From contig JAAOMT010000201.1 in assembly GCA_016748015.1 (NCBI GenBank), positions 62,001-126,000 of the forward strand: a stretch of 64,000 bases of DNA, written 5' to 3'. The DNA comes from Geosiphon pyriformis uo1. Its lineage: Eukaryota; Fungi; Glomeromycota. Position 1 is the stretch's first letter, and each line of letters opens with the position of its first letter. Of this stretch, positions 53,801 through 64,000 are shown piece by piece. A program made the translations under genes and the position numbers. The notes under the pieces were generated by a model. The model saw only the letters and a list, made by a program, of their open reading frames with translations, was not told the origin of the DNA and did not search any database.

Positions 53801-56800
53801 ATTCTACTACTATCCTCATGATGCTGAAATGATTTTTGATTTAACAATGGCATTAATCAATGGAGCCATCCAAGAAGATGTTGACCAAATGAAAAAAGCT
53901 GAATATATTGAGTATACAATAGAATTAACTAGATTCAACTATAAAAATGAAGTAAAAACATACCACCAAATTGCAAGTCATACTTATCCAACCCAAAAAG
54001 CCCAAATTCAATGATTAGAGCAAATGAACATTCAATTATGTGAAGAATACATCATGCCTTGTGATGACAAATATTGCCCAGAATGCTATGCTTTTAGCAT
54101 TCCTCTGTCCAGTAAAAATAACCAGGAAAAAATCGAATTTGGGAAACCAGAAACAAAAAATGAAACCACAATAACACCAATCTATCTTACTAAAAACCAG
54201 CCTGCTATACAACTCAAATACTTTGACAACAATGGGCAAGGAATAAAACCAAAAAAAACCCATGAAATTGATGCAGGATACAACCTTAGATATCCTGGCA
54301 AAGATACTTTGGTTTTTCAACCAAAGTCCCTAACAAAAATCAATCTCAAAATTACTCTTGAAATTCCACTTGAAGCAATAGTACAAATTGCATCCAGATT
54401 ATTATTGGCAAGCAAAGAAATCAACATTAGAGGAGGAGTTATAGATGCAGGATATACTGGAGACATTACTATCATATTACAGAATAAAACAGACAAACCA
54501 TTTAGGATTAAACATGCTGAGAAAATTGCCCAAGCAATTTACCTACCTTTAATCAACATTTCGGGTTTACAATCAGTTAACAACAGAGAACAATTGGGAA
54601 AAAGTGAAAAAAAAACCCAAGGTTTTGGTTCAACTGGATGATTTACAGTACCAGTAAACATAGTTCTCAATGCACAAAATAAATCTTACCAGATTCTTCA
54701 ACTTCTCCAACCAATTACTATTTCACTTTTTGGAGAACATCACGAAATTTACACTTGCTCAAAATCCACCACAACCCAACAAATCTTTGAATCCAATGAA
54801 CAAATCTGTTTGAAGCATGAAATTTCAATTCCAAACGTTTATATTTCCAAAGGAATGAAAAAAATTCAAGTTACATTTTACAATCTCAATAATTATCCTA
54901 TTGTCTTATTTAATAAATTAGAAATTGGAATTATACACAGCAATATCTTCCAAGATGAAAACCCTCAAATTGTTTCTAATTTCATCGAAATTATAAGACA
55001 TACTCTACTTCCAAATCCAAACATCATTCTTACCACTGAAAACTACCACCTTTTGGAAGAAAAACTCTCTTGAATCAACATGAGTCTCTTAGAACCCCAA
55101 CAACAAAGACAATTGAAACAACTAATAGCTGAATTTGCAGATATATTTGCAAAAGACAACAATAATCTTGGAAAAACTGATATTGTTCAACACCAAATTC
55201 ATACAGAAGATGCTCTACCAAAACAACAACAAGCCTATTGAGTTCCACTTGCTAGCCACCAATTTATTAAGGAGGAGGTCCAAAGAATGCTTAATAACGG
55301 ATTAATTCAATTATTAAAAAGTTCTTGGGCCTCATCAGTAGTTCTTGTCAAAAAAAAAATAGAAGAATCAAATTTTGTGTTGACTATTGACAATTGAATA
55401 GTGTCACAATTGGAGATGCCTACCCTCTTCCAAGAATTGATAACATGCTAGATGCTTTAGGAAAAGCCAAGTTCTTTTCAACTTTAGACTTGAAAAGTGG
55501 ATACTGGCAAGTCGAAATAGACCCAAAAGATAAACCCAAAACAGCATTCACCACCCAAGGAAGAAACTATGAGTTCAATGTTATGTCTTTTGAACTCTGC
55601 AATGCACTAGCAACATTTTAGCGACTCATGGATGTTGTATATAAAGAGCTCTTGTGACAATTAGTAGTTGTTTATCTTGATGACATTAATGTATACTTAC
55701 CAAGCTTTAAAGCCCATCTCATTTACCTGCGAGAAGTTTTTCAACAATTATGGAAAGCAGAATTAAAGTTGAACATTGAGAAATGTCACTTTGGAAAAAC
55801 AAGTTTAATCTTTCTTGGACATATTGTTAACAAAGATGGAGTCAAACCAAACCCTAAAACAATTAGTGCTATCAAAAACTTTCAAACTCCCAAAAATATC
55901 ACAGAGCTATAAGGATTTGTAGAATTAGCTTCCTATTATAGAAAATTCATAAAAGAATTCTCAGAGATTGCCAAATCACTCAACTATCTCATTAACAAAA
56001 ACGTGCCATACCAATAGACTGAAGAACAACAGAAAGCCTTTGACACTTTCAAAACAAAATTAACAACAGCCCCAGTTCTTGCTTACTCAAATTTCAACAA
56101 ATGATTTCAACTAACCACTGATGCTTCACACATAGCATTTAGTGCCATTCTATCACAATTGGATAAAAATGGCCAAGAGCAAGTCATTGCTTATGCCAGT
56201 AGAACACTCAAGCCAATAGAACTCAAATATGGCTCAACTGAATTAAAAACTACTGCAGTCATTTGGGCTCTCAAACATTTCCAACAATACTTAAAGAATG
56301 GAAAAGAATTTGACATTATAACTAACAACATTGGCCTCAAATAGCTGAATAAAAAGAAAACAGAACAAAGTGCCAAACAATCTTAATGGAATGATTTCCT
56401 AGCAGACTACAAATATATTGTATACCACAAACCAAGAAAATTACACACCAATGTTGATAGCTTCTTAAGAATAAAACAAGATTAATACCAACAACAAATT
56501 CACTACAACTTACCAACTTACCAACAAAATAACCAAACAACAATAGATTCCAGAAATTACAACAACCTTAAAAACTATTTGGAGACTCTTACTATATCAG
56601 AAAATTGGTCTTCAAGTGAAAAACATTGATTACAACACCAATCCAAACAATATTTCATACACCACAACAAAATCTATTACAAAAATTACAGAAATCCAAA
56701 CCAACTACTCAGATTAGTACAAGAGAATAAAAAAAACAATTTTATACAACATGCACACAGACCCATCTTCAGCACACTTAGGAAGAGATGGAACAATTCA

Positions 56801-57926
56801 AAAAACTCTTGAACACTATTTTTGGCCTTACATGCAAAAAAACATTCGACAATATGTAGAATCTTGTGATAGTTGTCAAAGAAAAAGAGGAATTTGCCTC
56901 ACAGAACCTTTAAATTCAATCAAAGTTGGACAACTTTTTAACAGAATTGGGATTGATTTAGTCGGACCATTACCCATCACAACCCAAAAAAATTGTTATA
57001 TTGTAGTTGCAGTAGATTATCTCACCAAATGGCTTAAAGTTAGAGCTATTCAAAGAGCAGATGCAAAATCAGTAGTGAATTTTATCTATGAAGACATTAT
57101 TTGTAGACATAAATGTCCAATTGAACTCTTATTTGACCAAGGAACACATTTTGTGAACAACTGGATACAAGAAATCTGTGAAAGATTCAAGATCAAAAAA
57201 CCTCTATCATCACTTTATCCCCTTCAAACAAATGGACTTGTAGAACATTTCAACAGAACATTGTGTGAATTTTTAGCCAAAGTCTCAACAAATTTTGAGC
57301 AGGAATAAGATATCTTTATTTCATCAGTGTTACTAGCATACAGAACACTAAAACAAGATACTATAAAACACATACCATTTGATCTTACTTATGGAAAGAC
57401 AGCAATATTACCAATTAATTTCACAGTAAAAACATATCCAATGCAACCAATCAATAAAAAAAACTTTCAAGAAACACTCCAAAGAAGAGCCTATACTCTT
57501 CTTAGTACATTGGAAGGAAAAAGACACATAGCAGTCTCTTATATTAAACATTCACAAGCTTTACAAAAAAAAAGGCATGACAACAAACTGCCACCAGTTA
57601 CCAATGAATTTAAGGTTGGAAATAAAGTTCTCTTACACAAAACTAAGGCTAAAAAACAATGGAGTGGAAAATTTGAACATAAATGAAATGAACCATTTTA
57701 TATCCATGAAATTTTAGGCAATGGATCATACAAATTAAGACTTAATGACAAAGTACTAGCAAAAGTTGCACATGGAGATAGATTAAAACACTATCATTCC
57801 AGAAACAATCCTGAACCATTAATTCTACAAATTGGTACACATTCCTTTTTAATTAATCCTGAAGATATTTTCCGAAATTTAGAACCAATAATTATAATAG
57901 AACAACAACCAAATTTGAACACTTAA
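50864..57926 (+). pseudogene. gag-pol polyprotein pseudogene of element A (ancestrally one ORF)
   Basis: Gag LQEWLDKVQKA...AGEWFE; zinc knuckle CHYCGIPGH*K*NC (~52292); protease ILDNESAES (DSGS-derived); Cys-rich insert; dUTPase; RT DAYPLPRID..LDLKSGYWQV..YLDD (55673); RNase H TDAS; integrase HTD..AHLG..CDSC, IGIDLVGP, FDQGTHF, QTNGLVE. Many premature stops; frame changes fall in A homopolymers. Confidence 0.93.
54210..54641 (+). other. Trimeric dUTPase domain within pol of element A, between protease and RT
   Basis: All five motifs visible: DAGYNL, IASRLLLA (SRSS-derived), GGVIDAGYTG, EKIAQAI, QGFGSTG. Confidence 0.92.
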
Positions 57927-58065
57927 TAATTCTACAATAATTCTTTTAATAATACACAAAAATAGTAAATAATTACAAAAACACCCAAATCCAAAAACAA
58001 ATAAAAACCCCATATCCAAAAATAATTTTCTTTATTTTTTCTTTATTAGTTAGTCAATTTTCTTC

Positions 58066-58719
58066 ATGATTATTCCCCGAAATATTCAACAAATATCCCA
58101 AAAATTAATGTTAGCCTTGAAAACACTTTCTGACTTATCCATAACGATTAATGAAAGTCAAATTAATTATATTCAGAAAGAAACCACAGCTCCAGTAGTA
58201 AATAATTCTCAAAATTATTACCCCTATAGAAAAAAAACAAGAGGTCACTCTAAAAATAGATTACCAGAACTGTTGAAGCAAGCACTAAAAAAAAATCTTT
58301 TAATTGCCCCTATTGACATTCCACCAAATGCCACAATTCAACAAAAACTTCTATTATTTTTTAATGAACAGAACAATGAACATACTCTTATATATAGATA
58401 TTTTCATATTGGAAAAACACTTTATAAACGAAAACTGGAACTTGAAGCAACCAACATCACTCCTAAAATTATACAAAAACAAATTCACAATGAATTCAAG
58501 ACAGCAGCTAGACCAACAAACACTTGCTACAAACTTAGAGCAGCATTTAGACTCTATGATTTATTCAATACTTGTGAAAATATCCTACAAAATCCAATAC
58601 TTCATCCAATGAAGATTCAAAATATTGGAAAGCTCACAGAACTGAAATTTCAACAATTTTCAGACCAGATCACTTCAATTATCTTGGACCACTATCTTAA
58701 CATTACAGATAGTGCTTGA
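58066..58719 (+). CDS. ORF3 of element A (env position), 217-aa soluble protein of unknown function
   Basis: Open ATG-initiated frame between the pol stop (57926) and the PPT. No signal peptide or transmembrane segment apparent. Preceded by a polypyrimidine tract and AG. Confidence 0.75.
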   Translation: MIIPRNIQQISQKLMLALKTLSDLSITINESQINYIQKETTAPVVNNSQNYYPYRKKTRGHSKNRLPELLKQALKKNLLIAPIDIPPNATIQQKLLLFFNEQNNEHTLIYRYFHIGKTLYKRKLELEATNITPKIIQKQIHNEFKTAARPTNTCYKLRAAFRLYDLFNTCENILQNPILHPMKIQNIGKLTELKFQQFSDQITSIILDHYLNITDSA

Positions 58720-58740
58720 ACTTCGACGGAGCTCAGTCTT

Positions 58741-58750
58741 GAGGAGGAGA
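58741..58750 (+). promoter_or_regulatory. Polypurine tract of element A
   Basis: GAGGAGGAGA ending three nt before the 3' LTR. Confidence 0.85.
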
Positions 58751-58753
58751 TTA

Positions 58754-59728
58754 TGTTACCAGTAGAATTTTAGCTATTAATTAGCATGAAATTACCCTTA
58801 TAATTCCTATTATTAATTAGCATACATTATTATTAATTCGATTATCACTTATTATTTAACCAAATTATCAAATATTATTATTCAATCAATAATCCGATTT
58901 GTACTCTAGAAATTAAGATGATCAAATTACACAATACCCTGAACCATTTAACATAGTCAAAATTCGCCGAAATTAATGAAAATTCGCCGAAATAATCAAT
59001 AGTTCAGTGAAATAACTTGTAAATTTGCCGAAATATATCTTTAGTTCACCTAAATTGTAGCAAAAAGAAAAGTGCAAGTTCAAAGACTAGTACTACAACA
59101 AGTTGTATAAAAGAAGAGCTTCTCTCTTCAAGAAAATGTATCTTCTCATAGTATCTTATCATAAGTACTTTACTTTAGATATTTTAATTAAAACAAATCA
59201 CTTTTACACATCCAAATAAAAATTAACTATTCAAAAACCAAATCCTTAAATTATTACACTTGAAATTTTCCCAACACAACTAACGTTTTGAAATTGATTA
59301 GCTACCAATTTCAATAAGCTGTTAGTGATTCCAGGCCTGAATAAAAAACGTTTCCCTTGATAAAATTCTATTTCTTTTACATTTCTTTTATTTTTCTTTT
59401 CCTTTTTCCTATTATAATCATTAGGGTAGCCTACAGACGAGATTCCTGTAGAAAAGTTGACTTTCACAGCAAAATAACTACACATTTTTAGTGAGCTTCT
59501 AGATAAGCAATTCCTGGAAAAGAGTTGACATTTACTACAATGTAACTACATAAAGTAACTGGCAAGGAATTGGTCATTCCACTCATAAGCCCAGCAGTTC
59601 AAATTATAAGAGATAATTTGAAGATAAATTCAGTTATTAGAGGTCCAACTACTTTCTGAAAAACGTGAATTTACAGCAAATCAACATTAACAACATTCAA
59701 GAAAAGAGACCAAAAACCTCTGGTAACA
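58754..59728 (+). repeat. 3' LTR of element A
   Basis: Direct repeat of 49844-50818, same length. Confidence 0.97.
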
Positions 59729-59908
59729 CTGGTTATTTTTTAAAAAGTATAATGACTGAATATTTTATGAGACTGATCTCGCACATTAAATCCATACTCA
59801 TTCAATTCACTCTTTGAAGTTGAATTCTCTTTGATTCCTTTCATCACCCTACAATTCTGTTCTCTCTTGCTATCTGTTAGCTTGTTACTTCAACCTGTAA
59901 CATAAAAG

Positions 59909-59925
59909 TGGTGCTCCCTGTGAGG
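59909..59925 (+). promoter_or_regulatory. Primer-binding site of element B (resembles the complement of a tRNA-Ile(UAU) 3' end)
   Basis: TGGTGCTCCCTGTGAGG is the complement of CCTCACAGGGAGCACCA. The tRNA identity rests on recalled family resemblance only. Confidence 0.7.
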
Positions 59926-59954
59926 TTGTCAAAATCCACTTTGTTTCTTATTGT

Positions 59955-62900
59955 ATGAGTGATTATTCATACTTGTCACAACAATCAGAAGAATACTTTG
60001 AAGCATACAACAAAAACAATCTAGACTTTATTAAACTTAATTCTTTGCCCTTTTGCTTGATTTGCTTCCTCATTGAAGAACAATTCAGCAAACAATTCCA
60101 AGACTTTTGGAACTGGTTTCTGAATGAGCATTCAGCTAAAACATATACAGCCTATAATACTTATTATTTTGACCAAGCTTATTTTGAAGACAATTTTGAA
60201 GAAAAAAACAATAGCATCAATCAGCTTTTATATTTTATAAACTTTAAACAACAGCCTCCTAATTCTGAAAACCTAAATCACCAAATTCACATTTGAATTG
60301 CTGCTCATCAGCTAGTAGAGACTTCTTTTGAAACAGAAAAAGAAAGCTATCAAACCACTCTTGTTTTTGATTTCTTCTCAAGTGAATCAGAACATTCTAC
60401 ACAAACAGTTACTCCTAAACTAATGGCCCAAGACTCTATGCAACAAAATATCCTAATTGCCCTCCAAGATATACAGACTGCTTTAGGGTAAAGAAACAAC
60501 ACTCCATTACTATTATTCAAAGGTAATGTTCAAGATCCAATTGAATAGTTGGATGATTTTGAAAGAGCTGTCACAGCCAACCAATATAATAATGAATACA
60601 AGTTCCAAATCATTGGTGGCTATCTTCAAGACTTTCTTGCTACTTGGTTTTCACAAGAAACCAATGCCAATGCTCAACAAAGAATCATTAAATAAACACC
60701 AGCAAATGCTGAAAAAGACAACACTTTTTTTACTATCTGGTTTGAAACAAAATTTAGAACTCTTATCTTGATTTTTAAATGGCACATAGAATTGGAAAGA
60801 AGAACCCAAGGCCCAGAAAAAATAGTAACTGAATATGCTAAAGTCATTAGAAAACTAATCAAGCATGTAGACTTTGATAAAAATTGGACAGAAAAGCAAA
60901 AAATTTATTTCTTTTCAAAAAAATTGAGAATTAATCTCTTATATGCTCTTTGGTCTCTTTTGGCCCTGAAAAATAATCTCACAATAGATATGGCCATTAA
61001 ACTTGCTCAGAAAATAGAAGATAACCAAAAAATGCATTTGGGATCCACCCTTCTAGTTTTTACTTTTGCTCTTGTTATGACTCTTGTTTTACAAATGGCT
61101 GCTACCTATTTTGCTGCCCAAACTCAAGATCCAAATAAACAATTAATAGATAGACTTACAGCAAATCTTGCCTGACTATTGGAACTTTTGGCCCAAGCAA
61201 TTAGAGAGAATCAACAATTCCAAAGATCTAGATTTGAACTTCTTTTAATCAACTCCAATAACCACCATATTAAAGACAACAAAATTGTAGCCCATTTGTA
61301 TGCTATTACTGTAGACTAACTGAACACTTTTCAAGAGACTGCAACAATCCTCTATTGCCCTCTCCAGCTCTTAGAAATAATAACACTCAGAATAACAGAC
61401 CCAACCATAATAATATTTCTAATCAAAGACACAATCATGCCAACATCAATTTCTTTGGAGAGGATTTCTTAGTTGAAGCCACTGTTTATCAGTCTTTAAA
61501 CTAGTAAATGCACTTCCAAAGAGTGAAAGTGCAAGCCAACTAAAAGAAAACATCTTTTACACTTTTAAACTAATTGATGATAACCATAATATAGATGAAC
61601 TGGCAATTAACACTTCTGATTCAACAAAAAAAAGAAGAAAGTCAAGATTGATTTCATTCTAGATCTTAACAAAGTCTCAACTTCCATTGCTGACAACAAT
61701 AAGCCACCAAAGACTAAAGTTTTTAAGAATCTTCCAAAATTGGAATTCCCAGAAATTGTACAAAAATCTGGACCCTATTTTGTTGTGAAAGATCTTATGA
61801 AAACCCTAGCACACATTATTTTTGGCCAATTAATAACTCATCCACAGTTTAGAAAAAATCTTAACAAATTATTGATCCTAAAGAAAAAAACACCAAAAAC
61901 CAACAAACATTTACACCAAGCTGAACTTGCTAATAACAGCAATGTCACTCTTCTTATTTGTAAAGCCCAAGTGGCTGGTTATTTTATTGATCTGATTCTG
62001 AACAGTGAATTATCTGTTAGTATTATTGCCAAGCACTTCTTAGAAGCAATTGGCAGAAAAATTAATGAGCCTTCCACTTGACTAATGACTAATGTACATG
62101 ATAATAAGAAAAAAGACCTAATTATAGCCAAAGCTGTTCCTGTTCATATCAATGGCATCAGCATTGAAATAGATATGGAAGTTTCTAAAATTAAAGAATA
62201 TACTATTATAGTTGGCAATGAATGGCTTAAAAAAGCAAAAGCCTTACTTGATTATAAACTTTATAAACTAACAATCAAATATAATGAGAAGTTCATTGTG
62301 GTTAAATGCTGCCATTGAACAACCTTTCCAGTATTCAAGCAGAATCAAAAAAATGAGCAATTAGATGAATTAAATAATGAAGAGAGTGATGATAAAGAAG
62401 ATCAAGAAGAACAAAAAGAAACTGCTAAACTTATCTATACTATTTTTACCAGCAATAGCAAGCCACTAGATAATGTTAAAGCTAACAAAAAAGAAATCCT
62501 TGTAAATAACAAGCTAATTTGCTGGTCCTATTATGATATCTTCAAAAGAATCTTTAACAAAAAACCTGACAAAAAAGCCAAATACAGTTATTGGTGGCAT
62601 GGTTCTTGTGCATAGTGCTGGTGTAATAAACTTTTGTATTTATCAAGTAATGAATGCAAATCCTGTCTGATTTATTACAAAGATTGGGAGCCAATTAGTT
62701 TGATACCCAGAAAAGAAATAAAAAAAGTACAGAAGTCCTTTAAGAACAAACCACCTGAGATCCAATCATTTGCAGTAAAACAAAGAGAATTCTCTTCAGA
62801 AGAAAATAAAATAGACATTGAATATCTGTTGGCTAAAAATAACCCAGTTATTTCAAAAGAAAGTGACACTCTTGAATGAACTCATATAATACAACACACC

Positions 62901-63032
62901 ATTACTACCAAAGAAACTTGTTTCATTTATTTAAAGTCTTATTAATCCAATCAACACAATGATAAATTTATTAAAAAAGAAATAAACCAGATGAAAAATC
63001 TTAGATTTATACAAAAAACCAAGAATAAATAG
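59955..63032 (+). pseudogene. gag-protease-(RT start) pseudogene of element B
   Basis: Gag QDPIE*LDDFERAVTANQY...FETKFRT...QGPEKIVTEYAK; knuckle CYYCRLTEHFSRDC (~61300); protease DLILNSELSVSII, IIVGNEWL; pre-RT THIIQHTITT..FIKKEINQMKNLRFIQ, cut by the LTR at 63033. Confidence 0.88.
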
Positions 63033-64000
63033 TGTTACCAGTAAAATTTTAGCTATTAATTAGCATGAAATTACTTTTATAATTTTTATTATTAATTAGC
63101 ATACATTATTATTATTTCGATTATCACTTATTATTTAATCAAATTATTAAATATCATTACTCAATCAATAATTTGATTTGTACTTTAGATATTAAAATAA
63201 TCAAATTACACAATACTCTGAACCATTTAACATAGTCAAAATTTGCCGAAATTAATAAAAATTGGCCGAAATAATCAATAGTTCAGTGAAATAATTTGTA
63301 GTTTGCTGAAATGTATCTTTAGTTCACCTAAATTGTAGCAAAAAGAAAAGTGTAAGTTCAAAGACTAGTACTATAACAAGTTGTATAAATGAAGAGCTTT
63401 TCTTTTCAAGAAAATGTATTTTTTTATAATATCTTATTATAGTACTTTACTTTAGATATCTTAATTAAAACAAATTATATTTTACACATTCAAATAAAAA
63501 TTATATATTCGAAAACTAAATTCTTAAATTATTACACTTGAAATTCCCTCAACACAATTAACGTTTTGAAATTGATTAGCTACTAATTTCAGTAATCTGT
63601 TAGTGACTCCAGGCCTGAATAAAAAACGTTTTTCTTAACAGAATTCTATTTTTTTATATTTTTTTTATTTTCTTTTTATTTTCTATCATAATCATTAGGG
63701 TAGCCTACAGACAAGATTTCTGTAGAAGAGTTGACTTTTACAGCAAAGTAACTACACAATTTTAGTGAGCTTTCAGATGAGTAATTCCTGGAAAAGAGTT
63801 GATATTTACTACAACATAACTACACAAAATAACTGGCATGAAATTGGCCATTCCACTTATAAGCCCAGCAGTTCAAATTATAGGAAATAATTTGAAGATA
63901 AATTCAGTTACTGGAGGTCCAACTACTTCCTGGAAACGTGAATTCACAGCAAATCAACATTAACAACATTTAAAAAAAGAGACCAAAAACCTCTGGTAAC
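63033..64000 (+). repeat. Third, more diverged family-A LTR (solo LTR or 5' LTR of another copy) inserted in pol of element B
   Basis: Colinear with the element A LTRs from TGTTACCAG to CTGGTAAC at the window edge; no PPT upstream. Confidence 0.95.

Larger units (their letters stand above)
49844..59728 (+). mobile_element. Full-length Ty3/gypsy LTR retrotransposon A with dUTPase and an extra 3' ORF
   Basis: Two 975-bp LTRs (TGTTAC...GTAACA), PBS, PPT and domain order PR-RT-RH-IN. Flanks CTGA and CTGG fit a 4-bp TSD with one G>A change. Confidence 0.96.
49532..63032 (+). mobile_element. Ty3/gypsy element B (host of the nested insertions): split 5' LTR (~49532-49843 + 59729-59902), PBS, decayed gag-pol cut at the RT start
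   Basis: LTR end TGTAACA at 59902 and PBS TGGTGCTCCCTGTGAGG at 59909-59925, with gag-pol downstream. The LTR left boundary (TGTAAG at 49532) is tentative. Confidence 0.7.

Noticed and set aside
51590-56543. Several short alternative-frame and antisense ORFs within element A
   Set aside because: Shadows of the gag-pol frame with no independent coding signal.

Overview
A very AT-rich eukaryotic window that looks fungal, most likely Glomeromycotina (arbuscular-mycorrhizal/Geosiphon-like). That assignment is an inference from the expanded MATA_HMG genes, a Sel1-repeat gene and the transposon families. The left 43 kb is gene-sparse. It holds three intronless paralogous MATA_HMG-box transcription factors (2022-2843 -, 12154-13134 -, 23658-24593 +) that share a C-terminal Cys-capped leucine zipper, a two-exon Sel1-repeat gene, a 126-aa orphan, a canonical U1 snRNA (42189-42355 -), three Tc1/mariner relics and several decayed, almost pure-AT blocks. 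The right 21 kb is a nested transposon stack. It contains a decayed IS630-Tc1-mariner transposase interrupted by a solo LTR with an ACAT target-site duplication, and an intron-containing bromodomain-BAH (RSC1/2-like) pseudogene. It also contains a full-length Ty3/gypsy element A (49844-59728; 975-bp LTRs; gag-PR-Cys-rich insert-dUTPase-RT-RH-IN plus an intact env-position ORF3) inserted in the 5' LTR of a second Ty3/gypsy element B. A third family-A LTR (63033 to window end) cuts B's pol. All differences I counted between the twin LTRs are C<->T or G<->A transitions, mostly outside CpG, which suggests a RIP-like repeat-directed mutation process.
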